Shown here piece after piece: positions 40,401 to 61,200 of a stretch of DNA of 64,000 nucleotides; position 1 is the first letter of the stretch, and each line of letters opens with the position of its first letter. The DNA is from Tubiluchus corallicola (Eukaryota; Animalia; Priapulida). The stretch lies in the NCBI GenBank assembly GCA_030141605.1, contig JAQGDQ010000005.1, positions 682,180-746,179 on the forward strand, read 5' to 3'. The notes beneath the pieces are model-generated. The model saw nothing but the letters and a program-made list of their open reading frames with translations, ran no database searches and was not told the origin of the DNA. The translations under genes were made by a program, and so were the position numbers.

Positions 40401-41070
40401 TTGTAATTATTTTTACTTATATTTTTAGACAACAATATACTTGGCTACTTGTGTGTAGTTTTAAAGTGAGAGTTTAACGTACAGCCACTTAACAATACAG
40501 TTGTCGCCGTTAAGAAAACCACCGTTGTGATTTTGAACCCATACCTTAGTTACGATCTTTTTAACCCGGCGGTGCTTGTGCAATTCAATTGAATTCGTTC
40601 TTTTGGATCAGTCTTATGATCACATTACGTTACAGTCTACTTTTAATACAATATATGCACAGAAACAGGGAGGTTAAAAACCAAACACTTGCCGAGTCAA
40701 GCCATACACTAACTGAAGACAATTGCGCAACTGCCGAAAATCACCCAATATGTAAACTAAGCGAATATTGTTTATATGCCTCACCTCCTATAATAGTTCT
40801 TATTAGAGAAGCATGACCTGGACAGTCAACAAGTGTAATTTGCATTTGCTCTTTGGCTACGTTTGCACCATCACGTAAGTGATCTGGAATTTTAATGTTG
40901 AATGACGAAAAGCCCAGATCTAAAGTAATTCCCCTTTCTCTGCTTTGCGGATTTTTATCAAATGCTGCAGTACTAGCAGTGGTACTGAGGGCTTTAACCA
41001 AAGCTGTTTTTCCACTGTCAACGTGGCCCAGAACTCCCACATTAAAATTTACCGGCATGGAAGCAGACAT
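29851..41070 (-). CDS. EEFSEC: Selenocysteine-specific elongation factor eEFSec
   Basis: Exons 40785-41070, 39940-40109, 39742-39831, 39251-39433, 38904-38987, 38002-38168, 35976-36115, 35524-35668, 33861-33961, 32996-33166, 29851-30032. Motifs: GHVDSGKT, FDKNPQSRERGITLDLGFS, DCPGHASL, NKID, VDHCF, GDRVG, FHISIGHETV, GFGQSGKFKV and C-terminal FKRYVYD. Confidence 0.96.
30833..32605. mobile_element. Foldback/CACTA-like element with long modular inverted arms (EEFSEC last intron)
   Basis: The left arm (about 30833-31205) has repeated TTTTGTAAAA units and the right arm (about 32275-32605) repeated TTTTACAAAA units. The outer 50 bp or so are reverse complements. Confidence 0.72.
34200..34358. mobile_element. 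Small MITE (family C) with 22-bp terminal inverted repeats
   Basis: TTCGCCATGTCCTTTTTATGCT ... AGCATAAAAAGGACATGGTGAA; an inverted partial copy sits at 36450-36579. Confidence 0.7.
34359..34488. repeat. (CA)n microsatellite
   Basis: About 130-bp CA run with few interruptions. Confidence 0.97.
36450..36579. mobile_element. MITE family C partial copy, inverted relative to 34200-34327
   Basis: Near-exact reverse complement over about 130 bp. Confidence 0.8.
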
Positions 41071-41180
41071 ATCGGTATAGATGTCACATATCTCCTAAAA
41101 CATGATTGGATGTAGCGTAGATTAACAGCGCGCTAGCGTTTCTGGGATATCCATGAAGCTGTTGTGATTTGTAAAGGTTT
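41071..41180. promoter_or_regulatory. Putative compact bidirectional promoter, EEFSEC/WDR47
   Basis: Head-to-head genes; CpG-containing patch GCGCGCTAGCG, ATTGG (inverse CCAAT) at about 41105, and a plus-strand donor-like AAAG|GTTTTC at about 41176 that could end a WDR47 5'UTR exon. Confidence 0.45.
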
Positions 41181-41883
41181 TCAATTTTTAGGTGTGCAAT
41201 TTCAATCGATTAATTCTTGTTTTAGTCAATCCTGAATTAAATAGGCTAGTTAAAGTCAGAAAGTAAAATTTTTTCAAAGTATTTTTTCAATGTAATACTT
41301 TCATAATATCAAACTATGCTTTTGTACAATGACGAATTGGAAAGTTACGTGATATTGATGCCTCACAGTTTACAGACAGAGGCCTTAAGTGTGCCTTACT
41401 TAGGTTTATACGAGCTCATGTATTACATAGTGAGGTAGTAAATCAGATAGGTAGCATCTTGCCGTCTAGAAATTTAAATGTCTGATTTGCATAAGTTCAT
41501 TGTTTTTGTTGAATGCTAAAGTAAAGAATTGTGATCATCACTACACCTATTTTATAAAATGTGCCTCTGTATAAATAAATGTGACACATTGGTGCTAGAG
41601 AGATGCAGATCCCTCATTTGGATTTTATGACTCAGTGTGTTTATTTCATTTGTTTTTCACATAGTTTTGAGTTACTGCATATTGCAAGCCAGTATATACA
41701 CAGCATTCAACGGCAGGCCTGTCAGAAGAAAATTAGTGGCAAGACCATACATAAGTAGGCTGAGGATCAGAGCAAAACCCTGAAGGTCAGATGCTTTCTC
41801 CTGAACTTTACTAATTTAAATTAATTTTTATTTTATTTGAAATTTACAAACATCTTCCAAAGTGCTTTACATTAGCATTTTTA

Positions 41884-42703
41884 TATTGTTGGGAGCAGAG
41901 TAGAACACTAGCTGAAGTAGGACAATTGACGTACATGGGCTAGCCCAAGTAGGACGTGTCGTACATGGGCTAGCCCAAGTAGAACACATCATACATGGGT
42001 TGTCCCAAGTAGGACGCATCGTGCATGAGCTGCCCAAGTAGGACACTAATGACAGGTCACGAATTGCGTCGTTAACCGTACTGGCAGCGTCTGATTCTTT
42101 ATTTATTTAATAATAATAATAATTGAAAACCTCAATACACTGTCTGAATAATTTATTATGCATCTGATAAAATAAAGTAATCTTATTCTGAGCTAGTAGA
42201 ATGGCCAATATTAAATTTGGCTTCTACTTAATCTTTTTGAAGTAAAATAAGCCCTCTTTTTAGGCGATTCCAACATTTCATTTTTATTTTGTCTTGCTTC
42301 ACAGACAGGGGATCAGTTTCACTACCTCTTGGACACATATTTGTTTTCTACTAAGTAAACAGGCTAGTGAGCTATGTGCCCTACATAGTTTCTCTCTTTA
42401 AAGCATTAGATACTTAGTTTAATGCTACATGGTGATATTAACGGAGCTAATAGTAATGATGATGTTATTGTAAAGAATACATTTGTAAATTGTCAAGGAC
42501 TATCCATCATTATAAAGTTAGTTTTTTCTAAAACAAATTTAGTTTTATGTTTTATTATGTCATAATTCTCGATTCTCCACAGAAATCGCCAGTGCCCCAA
42601 GTGGGCTGCCCATGTATGACACTTGCTTTTCTGCAAATTTAGCACATGCGCTTTAACGGAAGTGTCCTACTTCAGCTAGTGGCGTACTCTGCGCCCTACA
42701 ATA
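41884..42703. mobile_element. MITE family A, copy 2, with TIRs of about 40 bp and four tandem 30-bp palindromic subterminal repeats
   Basis: TATTGTTGGGAGCAGAGTAGAACACTAGCTGAAGTAGGACA ... TGTCCTACTTCAGCTAGTGGCGTACTCTGCGCCCTACAATA; TA at both ends suggests the Tc1/mariner/pogo superfamily. Confidence 0.8.
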
Positions 42704-45700
42704 GATAATGCTTTAAATTGCATTAAAAGCCTGCACATGTGTGACAAACTAAAGAAGTTTCCTTAATTCATTATACTGTAATCATCTAGATTTCAAACCA
42801 AAATTTTTAGAATGAACATGTCATAATGTTCTTGCACTTAAAATTGTAAAGTTTAGCTCAACACCAATTTTAAGTGCAACAAACGTGTAAGTTAATTTTC
42901 AATAGGTTGGAGGATTGTAAAATTGATATTTTTTGTAACTGCAAGCTGGAAAGCGTGCAAATATATTATCAAAACAAAATGTCTACTTAACTACTTAAAG
43001 CATTCACTACTGAGCCTACATTTGTCATTAATAATTTTCTCTTTTTCTTGTTATGTTATGGGAAGATCTACTGCACAGCCACAAACTTTTTTCATTTACC
43101 TACTTAATTACGTTGTGTATCATACAAAATACATTAACAGTTCATTTCAGCTACCACTTCTCGCACGTCTGCAGTAAGCAGAAATGTAATTAAATTTTAA
43201 ACACAATTAGGTACAAGATCAAAGACCATTTTCTTCTTAACCGTTCAGCGTACAAACTTCGTTTAGGCACCAAAATGTGGAGATTTGTTAACAAAAATTC
43301 ATGCGACCAAAGTCGTACTGGCCGAATAGTGTCTGACAGCCCTGTTCAATGGCAAGGTATAGTTATTATGTTCTGCTATTGACAGCAGCCAGAATAATCT
43401 TTTAAACGACAACATAAATAAAGTAACATAAGTTCAGAAAATTTGCCTTGTCTTGTTAAAGTGATTTAATAGACAAGTTTTAAGCAGTATGCTTCCCAAA
43501 CTACTAAAGACAAACTTTTATGTTCAGAAATTCCCGCTTTCAGGCTCTTGCAAGCTCATGCCATTGATACATTTCTTTCCGTAATGCATGAGCTGTGACG
43601 TCTTCTCATGTTGGTGTGTTCGGCCGCGCACCTTCTAAATACAGAATGTGGGGACAGTACACTGGCTGTTTCTACAGAACATTGTGTAAATTAACTGACT
43701 ACTAAAAATAAATACCTGCAGTGAGCAACAGTAAAATGGAAAGTAATAAGATAATATTATTTTGCTAACAGTAGAGTTACATTTAACTTACAGAGCTTTT
43801 GACTGTTTCTGCAGGGATCCAACTTTTGCATGTACTTTTCCCATATTAACCATTAACATTCTCTAACATTAACATGACCTCTAACAACATTCATACAAAC
43901 TTTTGTTGAGTAATAATATAAACAAAATCCAGCCTGTACCATGGTTATGTTACTTTTAGTATAGTATGACCCAACTTTAAATACACTCTGTAGACTATGA
44001 GGCCATTAGTTAATTACAGTAGCCAGATTTGTGGAAACTGTTATCACAATTAGCTGGAGCTTCTAAATTATTTGCTTGCTCTTTTGATTATGTTCCAATT
44101 TTAGACTCTGATGTTTTGATAATCTGTCATGTAAATGTAGACCTTCAGTTATGATAAGTGTATAGCAGTTAGTATACTCTGCATTCACCTTTTTCTTATT
44201 AAATCTACATCATTTTATCTAACTTTTTATTAGAATTTAAATTGGTTGTGAAAGAAAACTCTGCTAAATTTATCTGGTATTCCATTGAAATTAATATAAA
44301 AGTCATATATGTAGCTGCGAATTTGGCACTGTTTTAGGCGAAATTTGTGAAGCCATTTATGGAAGAATTTTTCCCGTTATTACTCTCAGCACTTCCAGTG
44401 CCAGGTTCACGGCAAAATTATGCACGGCAAAATATTAATCAGCTGTATTATGCTTGTGTGGCAAATGATCGTTAATTTCTGAAGTTTACAGGAATTTGAT
44501 GAAGACAAGCCACCAAAATTTAATAATTATTTAATTACTTGTTTGGCATTTAGGCATATGAGTACTCATTGAAGTAATCAAGCAATCATTCATCCAAGTA
44601 AACTATCTTTCAAGCAAACAAACATTTGAAATTTGGGCATGCATGCAACTGCTTAGATCAGAGCTAGTTCCATTGCTGACTTAAATTAAGCATTCCCGTA
44701 ATATGTACTGAATTAAAAATTTACTGAGTTTCACATAGATTTTGCTTCTGTCGAGAGAAATCTGCTTTAATTGCTGAGTATTAATTATGCAAAGTCTGCA
44801 GTATTTTGTTATAATATTTATTCTAATACAAAATGTGACACTATGATAAGTACTTGGTTTAATTACTATGCTAGTAGTCTGTAGTAGGCCCAAACAACAA
44901 CACTAAAAACAGTGTACATTTCTTGTACACAAAGCTGTACAAAACAATAAGGAAAATAAAAATAAAAAATAATATAAGTCAAACAAAAAATGCAATGACT
45001 TGCATCCGTACATAGGTGCAGGTAGTAGCCATAGAAATAATATGGCATGTGTCAATGGTTTACCCATAGTGGCCTCTCAATGAGTTAAGTATTCACGAGA
45101 TACAAATTGCTAATACAGTTTATTTTTTATAAGTAACATACGTCAAACAAAACAGAACAAAGCCTAAACATTGAACAGGACAGTTAGTTGGGGGGGGGAG
45201 ATGAATTGTCCCTGATTGTGGTGTGGCAGCAAATCAACGACTTGTAAAATTTGATATTTTATAATCTAAAAGCAAGGCAAACTCTGAACAATTATTGACA
45301 TTTCTATACAAGACAACATTTTATGGGAACCCTACAATGAAAAATTATGCTTTGAAATTAGTTACTTTTTATAGTTTTCAGTATTTTTTGTTTTTTAGAT
45401 TGCAACTAATTAATTATACATTCCATCGCCTGGCTAATTAGGATTATTCTGAATCATCAACTCAGTTTTACGGAACTCAATGTGCAGCTGCCAACTGTAC
45501 AAACAAGTTAAAGATTCAGTGCTAAATATTGTTGCAGGATCTAAACAACACCTAAATGAACAAGATTTATAATAGAAACGTAAAAAGCTAAAAGGAATCA
45601 CATCTAACAGTTAATATAATGTTAGAAGATTATTTAGGCAAACATTTAGATTTAACTCCTGGTTATGTGTACGTTTCAAATGAGATTGGTTGCAGAAGGC

Positions 45701-46556
45701 TAATTTTCCTAGGCAATTCCTTGACAGATTTGGCTGTGTGGCATTAAGCCCAATTTGCTAGTATGTCTAGAAAAATCCAGACTGGATCTCTGACTCCAGT
45801 GAGATTGGCTTGTTGTTCATGTTTTGCATATATTTAGTGTTTCTTTGTGGAAAAAATACTACTACCGCTACTACTGTTCACGAGAGCCATAGTTAATTTA
45901 CTGTAGTTATTGGAAAAACTTTAAACCTAATTTGTTTTTTCCATGCCTGTCTTTTGCAGCCCCCATTTGCATTACAGTGTCTAAAAATGATATTTAACAT
46001 AACTAATTGTTAGATGAAAGTTTTTCCAACCAATTGCAGAAATTTTTGCCATTTTTTCAGCTCCATGGTGTCAAATAGTGCATATTTCATTACGTATGAT
46101 ATCAATGAATTAATTGATTTCTTAATTTTTTCCGTGTTTTATTCTCTCCTCATTATTTGTACTTCTTTCCTTTCTTTCTTCTTTTCTTCGTGTGACTTCC
46201 ATAACATTTTTTTATATTCTTTATTTCATGTTTTCATTCATATTTTTTGTTTTCGTTGTTTGCCATCCTGTTAGTATTCTCCCATTCCTGTTCAACTTTT
46301 TCCTTCCTTCCTTTTTCTCATCGAGTCTTAATCTGAATGTTACATAGTGTTGGTTAGTATGATAAGTTATAGTTTAGACATGGTTATAGTATAAATATTT
46401 TATTCCAGATTTCATAACTGCAATATTATTTAAATTAGTCTCGGCCAGTCAAATTAAAAAAATATAGTCACATAAAATCCCATCTGTTATGTTTGACATT
46501 TTAATGACTCCTGACAATTATTGACATTTTCTAGAGGAGACCCAAAGATTTAAATC

Positions 46557-55033
<8,477 letters not shown>

Positions 55034-58000
55034 CAAACTTACGGGATCTATCTGAAATCTCCCCCGAGTGAAGCCCCGACTATTATGACCCCAGCTATTG
55101 TCCTGCATTCATCTTGAATAGTAATAATGAGATTACAACGCTTTTTTAAATGACCAGATTCACTCATGTTTTCTTTCAAAATATTTATTACTTGCTGGTC
55201 ATCCCAGTCAGGACCAGCACGTAAAAATTTGATTTTTACTGTGTTAAGTTGCTGTCTCAGGTTTTAAGTTTCACTAAGGCAATGATCATTCATTTCAATC
55301 ATTAGTCATTATGTACATACTCGTAAATTATTTAAATGTAGTTTATGGCATGCAAGTAAGTGTATAGCAAGTTATCCGCTGATTAAAAATTTAAAGTAAC
55401 CAGCTCAGTGTGTGCATGATGTGGCATCTTGAAAGCGGCCCAATTTGCAAAATTGCTGATTTGATTAAATTATTAATCGCTTTGTGTACTTTTATGGTTC
55501 TCTAATGTACGCATTTCAAAAACCAAGTAGTAACATGCTTGGTTTATTTATTTCAAATTTAAATTTCCAAGCTTGGCTGTCACAGGAGTTTGTCCTAGGA
55601 CACAAATCATACTCTGGCATGTTAAGCTCACTATATTTTGTAAAAGAAAAAGTAATTGATAGCAAGAAATCAATACTTTATTCCTCATTTTGTGGTTCTG
55701 ACTGACATCACAATTATATGATTAATAATAGTAGATAATCATGTATGTAATTATATAATTATAATTATTGTTGTTGTTACCCTGTGCTGCTACGTTATTA
55801 CTGAGTTACTGATTTTGGATGAATGCAGTTTTATTTGGTTTCGGCTTGTGCAAATATAAAAATAAATTGGCTATATTTCAAATTTTTTTCACGTATAAAT
55901 ACTGACTAAATTAATAAATGTGACTGAAATAGTTTGATTTGTTTAGCATCGTGATTATTATGAGGAAGTTTGCAGTGAAGAATTATGGAGTAAATTGTTG
56001 GTATTTCTGTCACTAATGCATTTTAACCATGAAGATAAGGATTAAAAATAAATGATAGAGAATACTGTATTTGATATAAAATTATTTGCAGCTCATCTTG
56101 TAACAGTAGTACACAGCCTTATCTTAACAGAGATGACTGCATGCATTATGTACTTCATTGTTAATGCTAAATGATTAGTAATGCATAAAGTATTATACTT
56201 ATGTGAATTAGGCTAGTTATAATTTCAATGCATTTTTGCTAAAGTCTCTATTTAAATTGCTTTCTTTAATTTTTTAATAATTGAATATTGGCTACTAGCT
56301 GATACTGCAAATACATGACGCTGTCATACGTTTTACAGTTTTTTTAATTAAATTATTACATTACAATGAAGCAATTGAATTTTTAAATTTTCTATTTAAG
56401 ACATGAAATTGTTCTAGGAAATAATTAACACTGAACATGAAGAACTATTTGAGTGACCATGATGTGTGCTTGCCTGGTCATTAAATGGATGAGCAAGACT
56501 GGAAAATGTGCTTCTGGGCGATTTTCTTCTGCCATACCGCTTCCATGCAAATATTTTTTTCATTGACAACGAAATGAAGGCAAAACACTTCAAATGATTC
56601 ATCTTAAATAAGATTATCCGCTTTAGTTTCTGGACTTGGTATACATCAAGTAGGCCTGCTTGATTCTGCTTTCAGGGTGTCGCACTGTGTAAAATGCATA
56701 TTGCAGGCTTAGAGTATTAATTCGACTAGTCTTCCAGCACAAGTATCCTATACGTTTAAGGGATCACAATCTAAAATGCCGCATCTTATCACCTCGGTGA
56801 ATTCAATATTACACGTGGCCACATTCAGTGAACTCTAGATCTAGATATAACATGCTGAACAGAAAGAAACAGAGAATTTGAAACCACTTCAAGTCACTTT
56901 TGTGTCTGCTATATCATTCATGTTATTTCATCATGAACTAGGCATGACATTTAATTTGTATATGACTTCCCAAATTACTGTGAACAATGCACATACTGCA
57001 GAAGCTACTAATTTCCAAAAAAAGTTGACTCTTCCATAAAAAGAATGATAGCAAAAACAAAATCAACTCGACCAGAGACTCAATTTAGGTAAATGAATTT
57101 TTGTGAAAAGAATTGCACTAATTTTAAGCTAAAACAGAACACTTAATTTTAGCTTAAAATTTTGGAAAATAGGGTGTGATAATACATCTAGCTGCAACTC
57201 ACATTTTAAAAAATGAAATTTTATGAAACAAAGTAATGAAATTCTCATCAAAATGACTTTGATCTCAATATATCGAATCAAGCAAAATAAAACTAGTTAT
57301 TGACTTTCTGATGAAAACTCTCATCATTGGATCAAAGTCAAAAACTGCAAAGAAACCCAAAACGTAAAAATACTGTACTGCTAATTGAACATTAACAATG
57401 TTTGCCATCATTTTTCCTTGAAAACTGTTGAAATGCACAGTAAGAATTTTTCATGTATGTATGCCTGCAAGTGATTTTCATGCACTTCAGTTTTTTTCAG
57501 ATCGAGTAGTTTTCCATTCAGCCTATTATATATAAAAAGACACGCACACTTACTAACCATTCTATGTAAAAATGCATGTGAAATGTAGAACAGTGGTTTA
57601 GGGGAATCTTTTCTTGTAACAGGAGTCCAATGAGCAATGCCTCAGAAATACTTTGCATTTCTGGATGCCAAACTAAAAAATTAAGATAATTGTTAAGCGT
57701 TGCTGAGCCTTTTTTTCATGTATGTAATTCAACATGAGCGGCAAATTCGTTTGATGCCGCCACCAGTACTAATGGAAAAGGAAACCAACTAATTTTGAAA
57801 ATTTGCATGTGAACCATGGAATGACTGAGAACTGAAATTTGGTGCACAAGTGCATGTGAATGATTTAAAAGTGTGGAAGTGGCACACACCTAATAATTGT
57901 GAAATGGAAGGTGTGAACACATCTGAATTCCAGTCTCTTAATAATGTTCAACTTAGGCTTACTTCTAAAAGTAAAAAATTAAAACAGGAAATTGAATAAT

Positions 58001-58297
58001 TTGATTTAAATTTATGAAGGTTATGCATTTTATACAAATAACAGTTCAAATTCCAGAAATGTGAAATTACACAAACGGTGTAATACTGAATGTTCTGCAA
58101 GATAAAAAATGCTATGCAACAAGTATACTATGTCCAAAATTTGTCGTATAAACATATCAGGCATTATTGTAATTACTTCCTAATTTAATAACGACTCTAT
58201 TTCTAGAAGTCATGATAATTTCGCTATAATGCTTTGGAATACCATCTACTGAGTGAAATTTCTGTGATGAAATTCTAAACTCAATCTGGAGTCATCC

Positions 58298-61200
58298 TCA
58301 TGGCATTCCAAGTTCACCGGATGCTCGTTTTTCCTGCGACTCTACCATTGCCTTCTTGATTGTACGTTTCATTTCATCATCACCTTCATCGTACATCTTC
58401 TTCATTAAGTTCATAAGGTTAGCCGACGGATCACCACTTGTATCAAAGTCAGGTGCTACAGGCCTAGAATTAAGAAGTAAGAAATTTGTTATAAGTTTAT
58501 CAAACTATGTAGTTATTAGATAAAGGCAAATAACATTAGAATTTCCTACAACATTAGAATGTAGAAAAAAAACTCGTCAGTGATACCAGAAACATCAAAG
58601 TGGCTCACGCACAATGAATTAGATGTCTAGAATGATATAAAGGCTACAGAACAACAGCGCAGCTTCCTTATTACAATTAGGTCTAGTTGTGTGTGGCATC
58701 CTACTAAGGTAATACACAGATTGGGAGTGTATACGCAGCAAAGTTACAAACTCTTGTTCGCTGACAATGGCAACAATATGAATGTAGATAAACCGAAAAA
58801 ACAGGAAAAATACGTGCAAATCTGGTGGCAATTTGTTCATCATTCCAGAAAATGCATCATTGTTATGTACTTACTGGACCTACGAGAAACTGTCAAGCAA
58901 ATTAACGCAAAAACTAAATTATTTCACTCAAGGATTATACATCATTCTATTAAGATCTTGGGTGCAAGACTAAACGTTATCCTGCAACCAAAATGCTGGG
59001 CTTTAAAATAAAAAATGTCAATTCCTGTTGTAGTGCAATTATGTTTTCAACTCTACTGCAATTGAATTAGTTTGTAGTGTCTTAATATAAAATTTACGCA
59101 TGATCAGTCCAAAAGACCTCAGTCTAACTGAGTGAACAATATAGGTTAAACAACATAAGATATCACAGATAAACTTTGTGAACACAGTATAATTCACTTA
59201 CAACAAGGTCTGTTATAACGAGCTTCTGGTTATTATGAGCAAATTCAAAATCCTGCCAAATCTTAGACTTAACTAATACATTTAAACCTTGCTTGCAGCA
59301 AGCTCCGATATTATGAGATCTTGCTTATTACAAGGGAATTTTACTGTCCGTGATTGTACTTCCCCTGGATATAATGAGCATTAATTCTATAACAAACAGG
59401 CACCATTCACATGGACAAAAAAGGTCACCATATCCAGTAAGGATTAATTTCTTGATCATGTGTAAAACAATGTGTATCAAGTACAGTATATGCAGATGTG
59501 TTAGAGGGCCTGCAGCACTTGCACTGCTGTAATTGTAAAAAAGTCAGAATGAAGCGAGCCTAAGGATTCAGATGCAAAAAAAGTAATAAAGTCAAAACAT
59601 AACAACTCCAGGAATAAAGCTGATAGAATTTAATATCAACCAGACAAAAATAAACTGTCCTGCGTTGTGAATTAAATAATTCTGTGACTTTTCACAGTTT
59701 AATTTTTAATAAAAATATGATTGAAAAATACAGTGATTTTATGTTAAGTAACACATAGACTATCCAGATTGCAGGCTTAATTATTAACTAACACAAGTCC
59801 GTGCTGAAATGTTCATAATCATAAATCATATTGCACTTGCACATTTATTCAAGTAAAAACAGACATATTTGTCCACGCTAAGCTTAAACTGATAAAAAAA
59901 CAGTCATATTTTCCACCCACACACGCATCTATGGTCAGGGTCTTGACGATTGCCGATTTGCACATTAAAAGGCTGACAGCTTAAGTACTAATACTTTGAC
60001 TACATCACTTTCAAAGCAGAGTAATTTCTAACTTGGTTCACTTAATAATTTTTGTAATAAACAAGAGCTAATACACAACAACACATGCAGGAATTGATGA
60101 CAATATTAAGATGAACGTGTGCTACAGTGTTCAGTTCTAATCTGCCTAAAAATTTTTGCAAAAAATGATAATTACTACATGTTCATTATCTGTATTGTTT
60201 AAAAGACATAATTTCATGTTCTGTAAGCTGTCAGCACATTTCATTATTCTGCAACAGAAACCTTACTTTTTATCCTTTTCTTTTTGCTCTGTTTTTACGA
60301 CGTAAGCCCACTTTTGTGTTCCGTCTTTCTTTCTTAGTGTTATCATAACAGTGTCCCGCTTAACCTACAAAAAAAATTTTTGAGATTATTTTCTTTTTCT
60401 ATTTAGGGATTTTCATGGCCAATCAGTTACAAGATATGATCATTTGGTTGAGAAGAGCATCTGCATTTTCTGTAATACTAAGTGACACAGTAACAGTCAA
60501 AAATTTACGCACTTTAAAAACAAATGAAGAATAACATCATACTGTCTACCACAAATGTACATACCTTAAAAGAGCTTTCATCTGGCCTAATTAAGAATAA
60601 CAAGTTTTTCACATGTAATTCATAATTCTTTCCATTTAAGCCTGATGCTTTCATCAAAAATGACCTGTGAAAACAAACATTAAAGTTGTTACTATAATGA
60701 TAAAAAATTAATATTACTGATATGTTTACCAAGAAAAATAACAACTTCTATTACTAAGAATATGATGTTAAAACTTCAACCCTTCTATGTATCTGCATAT
60801 AATAATGGTCCACCAACAGTATAGCAAAGGAATTTTTGAAAAGCAATCTGTTTCTATTCATTTAAGATAAATGTGGCTTTTCAATGTCTGCCAGTTGTAA
60901 ACATTGTTTCTTCAATCTAAACCGTTTGTTGAAAATTTTGTGAAATGATGTTGTTACTACCAAGAAAAAGCCCTGTCTCTATAAATACAAGCACATATTT
61001 AATTAGTTTCACTACTATCCATTTATGCAATGCCAAACACTGCAAGCCAGATTCAGCATTCAATGGCAGATCCCACTCAAACTGGATAGGCATGGCAAGA
61101 CCAAAACCAGACTTATTAAGCCTATGCCTGCAAGTTAAGCCTCTGGATCATTAGAAGTGTCTTAGCCACGTTCAGATATGTATCCCTCCTTCCTTTCTGT

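Noticed and set aside
41930-42047. Four palindromic 30-bp repeats resembling a CRISPR array
   Set aside because: Units abut with no unique spacers, lie inside a TIR-bounded MITE in an animal genome, and no cas genes are present.
45481-45525. CAAANCTNK peptide resembling a THAP domain start
   Set aside because: Stop codon after a few residues and no downstream THAP motifs.
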